From NCBI GenBank assembly GCA_963843975.1, contig CAWJMG010000003.1, positions 1,590,001 to 1,622,000 of the forward strand: 32,000 nt of DNA. Reading direction: 5' to 3'. The first letter of the stretch is position 1. Every line of letters begins with the position of its first letter. The position numbers were made by a program, and so were the translations under genes. Positions 18,690-25,960 of this stretch are shown piece after piece. Under the pieces are notes generated by a model. That model was not told where the DNA came from. It saw only the letters and a list, made by a program, of their open reading frames with translations, and searched no databases. This stretch comes from an uncultured Actinomycetes bacterium (GTDB taxonomy: Bacteria > Actinomycetota > Actinomycetes > S36-B12 > CAIYMF01).

Positions 18690-20037
18690 CGTGTGCAGAG
18701 GCTCGGTCTTCGGACCGGGCCTCTGCTGTTTCACCTGCGGCGATACCCGATTTGGGCTCGTCTTCTGAACCCATAGACAGAGCCTCCAGAGACCCTGCCT
18801 CGAGGGCGTCTTCAGGGGACCTGGGTTCATTCTGGGTTCGGCGGTCTGTGCGCGGGACCAAGGCGGCTGCGGCGGTGGCGGCTTGCTGGCCGACCCCTTC
18901 GAGTAGGTGCGAGTAGGTGTCCGAGGTGATCGCGAGTGAGCTGTGTCCGAGTCGCTTGCTGACAACGGCCATCGGGACGCCGGCGGCGAGCATGAGGCTG
19001 GCCTGCCCGTGGCGTAGGTCGTGGAGCCGCACCGGTCGGAGCCCGGCAGCGTCGGAGAGTTCGCGGAAGCGTTTGGTGACGGTCTCGGGGTGCAGCGGCG
19101 AGCCGTCCTCCTTGGTGAAGACGTGGCCGCTGTCGACCCAGGCGCTCCCCCACTCGTCGCGTTGCTGCTGCTGGCGAAGCTGGTGGCTGAGCAGAGCACC
19201 GATAGTGGCTTCGTCGAGGTCGACGACACGGTCCTGACCGCTGGCGGTCTTGACCGGGCCGACGTGTGTGGCGTGACCGAGCTGCACGATCTGACGGCGG
19301 ACGACCAGCCGGGACCGTTCGACGTCGATGTCGTCCCACCGCAGGCCGAGGAGCTCACCACGTCGTAGGCCGGTGAAGGCCGCGACCTCGTAGACCGGGC
19401 CGAGGGGGTCTGAGGCGCAGTGGTCGAGGAACGCACCGAGCTCGTCGGCTTCCCACGGTTGCACGTGGGGTCGGGTAACCCGGGGGAGTTCGACGTCGAC
19501 GGCGGGGTTGTAGGGGATGTAGCGGGCCCGCTTGGCGCTGGCGAACGCGGAGCGCATGGTGGCGTGGATGCGCCGCACCGTCGCCGGCCCCGGCGTGCGC
19601 CCCTTCTCCTTCGGCACGGCCGCGAGGCGGAGGACTTCCTCGACGTGCGGAGGTCGCACGTCGCGCAGGCGGAGGTTGCCGATGACGGGGGTGATGTAGC
19701 CGGTGATGTGCCAGCGGTAGGAGCGCTCGGTCGTCGGGCGCAGGCCGTTGGCGACCTTCTTGGCCAGCCAGTCGGTGAGGAACTCGCTCACCGTGAGGTT
19801 GCGGTCATCGGTCCAGGCGCCGGTGTTCTGCGCTTCCGCGAACGCGGTCAGCGCGGCCTGGGCGTCGGCCTGGGTCGCGAACCCGCCCCGCTTGACCTGG
19901 CGGCGTTTCCCGTCGGTGCTGCGGGTCTCGGCGGCGAAGTACCAGCTGCCGTGCTTGCGCTTGCACGCCAACACCTTCCCGGCCTCGTTCGTCACCGGCG
20001 CGCAGGGGCAGCGCTTGAAGGTGAACCCGCCACTCAT
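18628..20037 (-). CDS. int: tyrosine-type site-specific integrase
   Basis: Catalytic signature FTGLRRGELLGL (Arg), HDLRHGQASL (HxxR) and GHSSLAITSDTYSHLL (His/Tyr). The N-terminus is Cys-containing and AP2-like. The open frame continues about 85 aa past the catalytic Tyr, through the hairpin and the antisense of the tRNA (..RRVGLEPTTRGLRVRCSAS). Confidence 0.9.
   Translation of the reverse strand: MSGGFTFKRCPCAPVTNEAGKVLACKRKHGSWYFAAETRSTDGKRRQVKRGGFATQADAQAALTAFAEAQNTGAWTDDRNLTVSEFLTDWLAKKVANGLRPTTERSYRWHITGYITPVIGNLRLRDVRPPHVEEVLRLAAVPKEKGRTPGPATVRRIHATMRSAFASAKRARYIPYNPAVDVELPRVTRPHVQPWEADELGAFLDHCASDPLGPVYEVAAFTGLRRGELLGLRWDDIDVERSRLVVRRQIVQLGHATHVGPVKTASGQDRVVDLDEATIGALLSHQLRQQQQRDEWGSAWVDSGHVFTKEDGSPLHPETVTKRFRELSDAAGLRPVRLHDLRHGQASLMLAAGVPMAVVSKRLGHSSLAITSDTYSHLLEGVGQQAATAAAALVPRTDRRTQNEPRSPEDALEAGSLEALSMGSEDEPKSGIAAGETAEARSEDRASAHVRRVGLEPTTRGLRVRCSAS
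18695..18726 (+). terminator. 14-bp stem, UUCG-tetraloop hairpin directly after the tRNA
   Basis: gcagaggctcggtc-ttcg-gaccgggcctctgc (one G.U pair), followed by tgttt. It lies inside the C-terminal tail of the integrase ORF on the opposite strand. Confidence 0.6.
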
Positions 20038-20387
20038 GCGACACCCCTCCTCGATCCCCGAACCACTGGCACAGGCGCCTGCCCGTGGGTCCCGTCGTTG
20101 ATTGTCGGCTCCGCCGCCGACACCGGCAACGCCCTCGCGATGGTTCCGTGGACGTGACTCGCACCCTGCCCGGGTCCCGCGTCAGAGGCGGGTTCCCGTT
20201 CGGCACCGAGCAGGCGGACGAGCGGCTCGGTCGGGATCTTGATCAACTTCCCCACGTGGAGCACGGTGGTGGGCCACTCCCCTCGGCGGACCAGCTCGTA
20301 GGCCAGCGAGCGGCCGATGCCGAGGACCTTCGCGGCGGTGGGGACGTCCAGGACGGGTGGGAGTTCGTCGAGCTCATTGCGGTTCAT
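20034..20387 (-). CDS. xis: excisionase / MerR-like HTH DNA-binding protein
   Basis: LDVPTAAKVLGIGRSLAYELVRRGEWPTTVLHVGKLIKIPTEPLVRLL is an excisionase-family HTH. A GGAGG RBS is present. The stop overlaps the int start (ATGA). Confidence 0.8.
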   Translation of the reverse strand: MNRNELDELPPVLDVPTAAKVLGIGRSLAYELVRRGEWPTTVLHVGKLIKIPTEPLVRLLGAEREPASDAGPGQGASHVHGTIARALPVSAAEPTINDGTHGQAPVPVVRGSRRGVA

Positions 20388-20418
20388 CTCGGCCTCCGGG
20401 TGGGGTTGTCTCGGGCTC

Positions 20419-20434
20419 GGGACTGATGAGTCCC
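20419..20434. promoter_or_regulatory. short perfect hairpin/inverted repeat upstream of xis
   Basis: gggact-gatg-agtccc lies in the 179-bp relaxase-xis spacer, about 32 nt upstream of the xis start. Confidence 0.2.
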
Positions 20435-20566
20435 TCTATCTGGAGGTGTGCACGACATATCGGCAACACCGAGTTCGCTGGGCCACGATCCGGACACGAT
20501 CCGCATCGCCGTCCGCGCACGTCCGTCTGCTCTCGCGTGGTGGTGAAACGCGGCGTTCCTGCGGGG

Positions 20567-23500
20567 TCATCGGCTGATCCCGTGGTCGCGTCCATAGCGG
20601 TGGCCGTGGCTGTGGCTGCGGTGGGGTGGGTCGCGGTCGACGGTGAACGGTTCCTGTGCCCGCGTGGGCTGGGTGGGGTGGAGCCGGGGGTCGTCGGGGC
20701 CGGTGTAGGCGTTGGGGTCCTTCACGTCTCTGCTGTCCCAGGTGGCCCACTCCTGGCGGCGGCGTCGCCGAGCCTGGGTCTCGTCGCTGTCGCGCTGGGT
20801 GGTGTCGGCGTCGACGACGGCGGCGTGTTGGGTGACGGTGGCGTCCTGGGTCCCGAGGTAGGTCAGAGCCTGGTCGAGGTCGCCTTCGCTGCGCCGCACC
20901 GCAGCCTCTGCGGTGGTGCGGCGTTTGCGGGCCCAGAACGGCACCCGCTCGAGCTCCGCCCGCTGGGACTCCAGCTCGGTCCTGACTCGGGTGACGTGAT
21001 CGGCTGCCATGTCGCGGCGAGCCCGGGCGCCGGCGAGGGCGTCGCGGTTGCGTTGGTGCTCGCGCGGGATCGCCGGGCTGGGCCGGGCTGCCTCCTCGCG
21101 GGCCCACGCCGCCTCGCGCGCGGCGTGGACGGGCGGGTCGAGGAGGGCGTGCGCGGCACGCTCGCGTCCGCTGGTCGCGACCGCGCGGGCGAGCATGGCG
21201 AGCGCGGCGTCGAGGTCGGGCCGTGCGAGCTGCACCCCGGGGCTGGAACTGGTCATGGCGTCACCCTGGGCTGGCACCCCTTGCCGCGAGCCTGGCCACG
21301 GTTCCTGCCCGTCGACCGCCAGCCCGGCGGCCAGGGGTCCGGGGTATGGACGCGACCCTGGCCCTGCCCCGGCCTTCGTACCGGATGCTGTCGGCGGGTG
21401 CCGGTGGGGGCCGGCGTCTCCGGTGGCCAACTCCGGGGTGGTGTGGACGTGGTTCTCCAGGCGCCCGCGCGACATCGCGACGTAGAGGTGCTCCCGGTCG
21501 AGGCCGGCGCGGGCCAGGACGATGCCGACGTCCGCGGTCGCGCCCTGCGCGCCGTCGATCGTGGCGGCCCACCCGTACTCCGCGTGCCGGGCCAAGTAGG
21601 CGCCGGGGAGGGTGAGGGTGCCGCGGCCACGCAGGTCCGCCACGACCAGCCCACCGGTGTCGCTGGCGGCCAGGACGCGGAACCGGTCCCCATTGCGCAG
21701 GGTCTCGCCCCCGATCCGGGTGCGGCTGTCGTTCTTCTTCGCCAGCAGCACGTCCCCGGCCCGCCAGGACCGCTGCTCGACCTGGCCACGAGTCGACGCC
21801 GATCGGGTAGCGATGACGGCGAGGTTGGGGCCGGTGACAGCGCCGGTGGCGATCGCGACAGCGCGGGCGCGGGCGTTGAGCGCGTTCACGTCCGTCCACG
21901 CCCGCGCCAGCATCAACGCATCCCGCCCGGTGATCGTGGCTGTATGCCAGCGGTCGAAGACCGCGTCCGCGGCGTCCTCACTCGACGCCGCCGGGTGGAC
22001 CCGCCCCCGCTGCGCATAGATGTCCAGGACGCCCGCGTCGCCGGCTCGTAGGCGCAGTGTGGCGGCGGCTTCCCACGGGTGGGTGAACCGGTGCAGCTCG
22101 GTAAGCTCGATGACCTGACCGCTCAGCTTGTGGGTGAGGTGCTCGAACATGCCACCGGGGGCGTTGACCGCACCGATCTGCCCCGGGTCCCCGACCAGGA
22201 CAAGACGTGCTCGGTGCTTCGCGACGTAAGCGGTGAGGGCGTCGAGGTCCGCGGTGGTGAGCATCGAGGCCTCATCGACCACGATCACCTCTCGCCGCAT
22301 GTATCCCGGATCGGACGGGACCTTCACTGGCGTCGGGTTGGTCGCCTCGTTGAGCAGCCAGCGGGCCACGGTCTGACCCGGTGCGCCGGTCGCCTTCGCG
22401 AGCTCGGCGGCGGCACGCGCGGACGGGGCCAGCGCGGTCACGTCCTTCCAGTCGTTGCCCCAGACCACCGTGGCCGCGGCCAGGGTGGTGGTCTTCCCCG
22501 CCCCCGCCGGTGCGGTCATCACCGTGACCAGGTCACGAGTCGCGATCAGGCGCACCACCGCCCGGGCCTGCTCCTCGGAGAGCCCCGCCTCGCCGGACAG
22601 CAGCAACGCGACGAAGTCCGGGCGCAGCCGCTCCGGGGACCGGAACCCACCCGTCACCGCCCGGTCCAGGATCCGAGCCTCGGTCTCCACCAGCTCCCGC
22701 GACGCGTAGCGGGCATCGGAAGCGCGCGCGGTCACCCCGGACGGGTCCGCACCCAAGGACACCGCGCCGGAGAGCCCGACCTCGGTGAGCGCGAGGTCGG
22801 TGATCTCCTCCACCCACGCCACGGCATCGGCCGCCGACCTCAGCCGGGGGTCCCCCGTCGTCGGGACCCGCGACGCGACCGCGACGGCCAGGTCCGCACG
22901 GGACCAGATCGCCTTGCGCCGCCCGACCTCGGTCACCGAGTCCACCAGCACCGCTCCCGACCACCCGGACGGCACCGGAACGTTTCTCGCCTGGGCGTTC
23001 GCGGTCCGGACGGAGTCCGTCACCGCGTCCGCCTCGAACCCCAACGCCGCCGCCTGCGCCGCCCATAGGGCACGACGGTCACCCTCGGGGACGGGTGCGT
23101 CCTTCGCCGGCCTCGTCGAGAGCACCGCCGTCTTGATGATCCGCGCGCGCTCCGCCGCGGACACCGGGCGGCCGAGGGCGTCCTCGGCGTCGGCGATCGT
23201 CGGGACCGCGTCCGCCAGCACCGCGGACGTGCGCGAGGACCACGCGGCCATGAGCGGCTCGGGGACGCCGGCGATCTCGGCCTGACCGTGCTCGGACACC
23301 GGCCCGAACGACACCGGCAACCGCGCGCTCAGCTCCGCCCGCAGCGCGGTCTGGTAGATCACACCCGCGGACTTCTTGTGGTGGAAGATCTCGTGCCCGT
23401 CCAACGTACGCCACGCCCCATCGACGCAGCGGACCTTGTTCACCACCAGGGCATGGGTGTGCAGCTGCGGATCCCCCGTGCGCGACGTCCGATGATCGAA

Positions 23501-23956
23501 GCACGCGGCCGTGAACCCAGCCGAGGAGATCTGCTCGACACCGTCACGGCCACGTCGCGACAGCGACGCATGGGTCTCGAGGTAGCCGAGCGCGGCGTTG
23601 ACCGCCGCGGCATGTGCCGCGTCGATCGCGGCCATCGTCCGGGCGTCACCCAACGCCCACAGGGTGCTCACCGACTTCGGTGCCGAGAACGTCAGGTCGT
23701 ACCCCGTGACCGCATCCGCGCGCCAGGCTGACCCCAGCGCGACACCTGTTGTCGGGGACAGGGCGCGACCGAACAGTGCTTCGAGTTCACGCTCCTGCAC
23801 CTCGGCACCTGCTGTGAGGCCGAGCTGCGCGAGGCCGGACCCATGCCAGCGGCCAGGGGTGTCGCCGTGCTCGGCGTAGTACTCGCACGCACCACCCGCG
23901 ACGCTGCGCTGGTAGTACCGCCAGGAGGAACGACCGATCTTCGCACTGGACAACAC
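20567..23956 (-). CDS. MobF-family (TrwC/TraA-like) relaxase-helicase
   Basis: The N-terminus MLSSAKIGRSSWRYYQRSVA...YDLTFSAPKSVS and the His triad HRTSRTGDPQLHTHALVVNK are relaxase features. The P-loop VMTAPAGAGKTTTL and downstream RecD/UvrD-like helicase motifs follow. The last roughly 230 aa form a charged, coiled-coil-like tail. GTG start. Confidence 0.92.
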   Translation of the reverse strand: MLSSAKIGRSSWRYYQRSVAGGACEYYAEHGDTPGRWHGSGLAQLGLTAGAEVQERELEALFGRALSPTTGVALGSAWRADAVTGYDLTFSAPKSVSTLWALGDARTMAAIDAAHAAAVNAALGYLETHASLSRRGRDGVEQISSAGFTAACFDHRTSRTGDPQLHTHALVVNKVRCVDGAWRTLDGHEIFHHKKSAGVIYQTALRAELSARLPVSFGPVSEHGQAEIAGVPEPLMAAWSSRTSAVLADAVPTIADAEDALGRPVSAAERARIIKTAVLSTRPAKDAPVPEGDRRALWAAQAAALGFEADAVTDSVRTANAQARNVPVPSGWSGAVLVDSVTEVGRRKAIWSRADLAVAVASRVPTTGDPRLRSAADAVAWVEEITDLALTEVGLSGAVSLGADPSGVTARASDARYASRELVETEARILDRAVTGGFRSPERLRPDFVALLLSGEAGLSEEQARAVVRLIATRDLVTVMTAPAGAGKTTTLAAATVVWGNDWKDVTALAPSARAAAELAKATGAPGQTVARWLLNEATNPTPVKVPSDPGYMRREVIVVDEASMLTTADLDALTAYVAKHRARLVLVGDPGQIGAVNAPGGMFEHLTHKLSGQVIELTELHRFTHPWEAAATLRLRAGDAGVLDIYAQRGRVHPAASSEDAADAVFDRWHTATITGRDALMLARAWTDVNALNARARAVAIATGAVTGPNLAVIATRSASTRGQVEQRSWRAGDVLLAKKNDSRTRIGGETLRNGDRFRVLAASDTGGLVVADLRGRGTLTLPGAYLARHAEYGWAATIDGAQGATADVGIVLARAGLDREHLYVAMSRGRLENHVHTTPELATGDAGPHRHPPTASGTKAGAGPGSRPYPGPLAAGLAVDGQEPWPGSRQGVPAQGDAMTSSSPGVQLARPDLDAALAMLARAVATSGRERAAHALLDPPVHAAREAAWAREEAARPSPAIPREHQRNRDALAGARARRDMAADHVTRVRTELESQRAELERVPFWARKRRTTAEAAVRRSEGDLDQALTYLGTQDATVTQHAAVVDADTTQRDSDETQARRRRRQEWATWDSRDVKDPNAYTGPDDPRLHPTQPTRAQEPFTVDRDPPHRSHSHGHRYGRDHGISR

Positions 23957-24022
23957 GAAACATCACAACCCGGAAACCCGTTGAGCCACAATGGAATCAG
24001 GGCCAGACGGTACACGCCGCCG

Positions 24023-24421
24023 ATGCACATGTCTGCTTCGATTTGCGGCAGGTGGCTGTCACTGGTCGGGCGCGATGATCGGTCGGTGACGGCGTGGCAG
24101 TGGACGGTCTCGACTGGACGGAGGCGGACGATTCGTCTCGGGTGGTCGACGTTGGAAGTTGATGTCGCGTTCGCGCGTGTCGTCGGCGACGGACCGCCGA
24201 TGGGCCGCCGCTCCGGCTGCCCCGCGTCGCGCGACCCACGGCCTCGCCGAAGCCCCGCAGACCCCCGCCACTCCGAAGGAACCACGCGAGCCAGCGCCGA
24301 TGATCTCTATAGCGCTATCGCCCAGCGATTCGATAGGCACGATGCGACCGCGCCTGAGGTGAGAGCAGTCCAGGAGCGTCTGACTAACGCGCGCAGGGTC
24401 ACGCGGCGCAGCGTCCGGTAA
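24023..24421 (+). CDS. hypothetical ORF divergent from the relaxase (weak)
   Basis: 132 codons from ATG 24023. My hand count gives third-position GC of about 74 percent, above the local average. The sequence is Arg-rich with no recognisable motif, and no good RBS is present. Confidence 0.25.
   Translation: MHMSASICGRWLSLVGRDDRSVTAWQWTVSTGRRRTIRLGWSTLEVDVAFARVVGDGPPMGRRSGCPASRDPRPRRSPADPRHSEGTTRASADDLYSAIAQRFDRHDATAPEVRAVQERLTNARRVTRRSVR
24309..24336. promoter_or_regulatory. composite inverted repeats, candidate oriT/operator
   Basis: The 10-bp palindrome atagcgctat (24309-24318) overlaps a ctatcg-N10-cgatag hairpin (24315-24336). This locally AT-richer DNA lies about 350 bp upstream of the relaxase start. 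Confidence 0.25.
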
Positions 24422-24567
24422 CTGAGGGGAACGAGACGAGACACAGCTCAATCGATCGCGTCGAGTATCCATCGAGCCGCAAGTTCCCACTCCCCCAAGG
24501 GAAGAAGGGTAGGTACCAAGACCCGCCTCCTCCTGCGGTGTTTCAGCACGTCAGATGCTTGTCGAAG

Positions 24568-24589
24568 TGCAGGCGGCGGGGGTCGAACC
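24568..24589 (-). other. isolated tRNA/tmRNA-like 3'-end fragment (T-loop plus acceptor strand)
   Basis: The minus strand reads ggttcgacccccgccgcctgca. That is GGTTCGA, then the 3' T-stem cccgc, a 7-nt acceptor strand and a discriminator A. No complementary 5' T-stem or 5' acceptor lies upstream, so it is not an intact gene. Confidence 0.3.
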
Positions 24590-25117
24590 GGGTTGGAGCC
24601 CGGGAATCCGTTGGTACTCGGCACGTTCGAGCACGGGGCGGACATGGATGTAGCGGGACGGACGTGGTCCCTTCGTGACCCCCTATTGACACCGTCAACG
24701 CCATTCGTTCGCCATGGCGGGAGCGCACGTCCCCTCCCGTCACACCATCGGCCGGCAGGGCGTGAGTTCGTGCCCGTGACCACGAAAGAAAGTGTCCCGT
24801 TTCTGGCCTCTGCTCAAGTCCGCCCTCGGGCACATTCGATGGCCGAACGCTGTCACCGACCCAGGAATCCCGCCGCTCCGAGCGGTTGCGTTTCAAGGGC
24901 GGCCAAACGAGCAACTCCGTCCAGGACAATCGCCGCGTCCGGCGCCATCTTGGCGAGCGTCAGGGACATCTTGAGACTCGCCGGGATCGTCAATCGCAGG
25001 GACTCTCGGGCAAGATCAGCCGCCCGGGCGGCACCGTCGCAGCCTGCCCGACGCCACTGCAGCGGGCCGGGATCAACAAGCCGCACCGCAGGGACCGCGC
25101 TTGGACGCAGGTTTGCT

Positions 25118-25139
25118 CCCGACGGCGCCCCGCGTCGGG
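25118..25139 (-). terminator. hairpin downstream of the Rieske gene
   Basis: 7-bp stem cccgacg/cgtcggg with an 8-nt loop, about 60 nt past the Rieske stop. No U-tract. Confidence 0.3.
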
Positions 25140-25197
25140 GGACTGCCTGCTGGTGGGGTGCAGTTTGTGCGCTCGGCCTCTGGGCAGGGAGTGGCCG

Positions 25198-25506
25198 TCA
25201 TGGCGGCAGAATCTGGACGCGCCCGTTGAGCAAGCGAGCGGGGTACGTCCTGACTGGTTTGGTTGCCGGCAGGTTCAGCGCGGCTCCGGTACGCAAGTCG
25301 AACCTTGACCCGTGCATCCAGCACTCGATCGTACGGTCGGCGACATCTCCCTCGGACAGAGGCACGGCCGCGTGGGTGCACTCGTCGTGCACGGCGTAGA
25401 TCTCCCCGCACGTGTACACGAGGCAGACCGCGACGCCCTCGACAAGGATTCCGAGTGGGACATCGGGTTCAAGGTCACGGAGCTCGCGAACGGTTAGCCA
25501 CGTCAT
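25198..25506 (-). CDS. Rieske [2Fe-2S] ferredoxin (NirD/oxygenase-ferredoxin-like)
   Basis: 102 aa with both ligand boxes present: CTH (..HDECTHAAVPL..) and CWMH (..IECWMHGSRFDLRTG..). The start overlaps the upstream stop (ATGA). Confidence 0.85.
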   Translation of the reverse strand: MTWLTVRELRDLEPDVPLGILVEGVAVCLVYTCGEIYAVHDECTHAAVPLSEGDVADRTIECWMHGSRFDLRTGAALNLPATKPVRTYPARLLNGRVQILPP

Positions 25507-25958
25507 GTGCTCACCTCACCTGTGGCGCTGCGCGCCACGCGGGCGTCGATGAGATCCCATGTCTCCCCGTCCAGGGCGATGGCTGCGGCGGGGAAGATCC
25601 CGTTCTCCTCCCGGTCGATGTGGTGGCGCATCAGCATCTCCAGCGTGGCGGCCGCCTCGAGATCCCCGCCGGACACAAGGGCGAGTAGCGAGTCGAGCTC
25701 GCGGTGCTCCGCACAGAGCGAGTCGATGGGAGCGGTGAACTCCGAATCACACCGCAGTTCAGCGAACAGGCCGACCTCCTCGCGGACCGCGTGCGGCTCG
25801 AGCAGCGCAGCGACCACTGCTGCCGCGGTCCGTGCCGCGGCGGCGTCCCCCACGGCTGCCGCGCGGCTGAGCAGGCCGGTCGCATTGATGATCGCCTCGT
25901 GCTCGGACATGAGCTGACCGATGACAGTGATGGCGCGGCACCCGCAGTAGGAGCACAT
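25503..25958 (-). CDS. hemerythrin (HHE cation-binding) domain protein with N-terminal CxxCxC
   Basis: MCSYCGCRAITVIGQLMSEHEAI..., then REEVGLFAEL, LCAEHREL and LMRHHIDREENGIFP His/Glu ligand pattern. The track ORF was trimmed from 26219 to the ATG at 25958. Confidence 0.85.
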   Translation of the reverse strand: MCSYCGCRAITVIGQLMSEHEAIINATGLLSRAAAVGDAAAARTAAAVVAALLEPHAVREEVGLFAELRCDSEFTAPIDSLCAEHRELDSLLALVSGGDLEAAATLEMLMRHHIDREENGIFPAAAIALDGETWDLIDARVARSATGEVST

Positions 25959-25960
25959 GG

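Larger units (their letters stand above)
18628..24421. mobile_element. tRNA-Lys-associated integrative mobilizable-type element (int-xis-MobF relaxase); right boundary unresolved
   Basis: The integrase 3' end abuts and overlaps the tRNA 3' half, and an excisionase and a relaxase-helicase follow. No T4SS, T4CP, FtsK-like translocase or replication genes were seen. No clean direct repeat of the tRNA 3' end was found by eye in this window. Confidence 0.6.

Noticed and set aside
18628-18700. Integrase C-terminal peptide ...HVRRVGLEPTTRGLRVRCSAS considered as a functional domain
   Set aside because: It is simply the antisense translation of the tRNA T-arm, anticodon stem and D region. The frame stays open by chance past the catalytic Tyr.
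20357-23068. ORFs 20357-22051 (+, 564 aa), 22079-23068 (+), 20436-21107 (-) and others inside the relaxase gene
   Set aside because: They are Gly/Arg/Pro-rich shadows of the 1129-aa relaxase-helicase, whose motifs are unambiguous.
24509-24545. Candidate degenerate attR (gtaggtaccaagaccc + gcctcctcctgcggtgtttca)
   Set aside because: Only about 15 of 25 positions match the tRNA T-arm/acceptor, and gaps are needed. This is within chance for GC-rich DNA. It is kept only as a pointer for a proper alignment.
24590-24615. RNase P RNA P4-like string (minus strand ggattcccgggctcca versus GGAAAGTCCGGGCTCCA)
   Set aside because: It is an isolated partial match. None of the other universally conserved RNase P regions are nearby.
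24560-25080. Possible intact tmRNA (ssrA) on the minus strand
   Set aside because: The 3' end resembles a tmRNA terminus, and short strings (catcgaat, gagcagaggc) recall mycobacterial ssrA. However, the T-stem cannot pair, no matching 5' acceptor (gcgggcg-type) with a GGATTCGAC-like element is correctly placed, no ...ALAA tag reading frame is present, and the spacing of the similar strings is wrong.
24448-25399. Track ORFs 24448-24783 (-), 24543-24929 (-), 24593-25399 (+), 24853-25086 (-) and 24886-25308 (+)
   Set aside because: No motifs, and Arg/Pro/Ser-rich translations. There is no codon-phase GC periodicity over 24421-24840. Only a short run (MSLTLAKMAPDAAIVLDG) has good codon usage, which is too little to call a gene.
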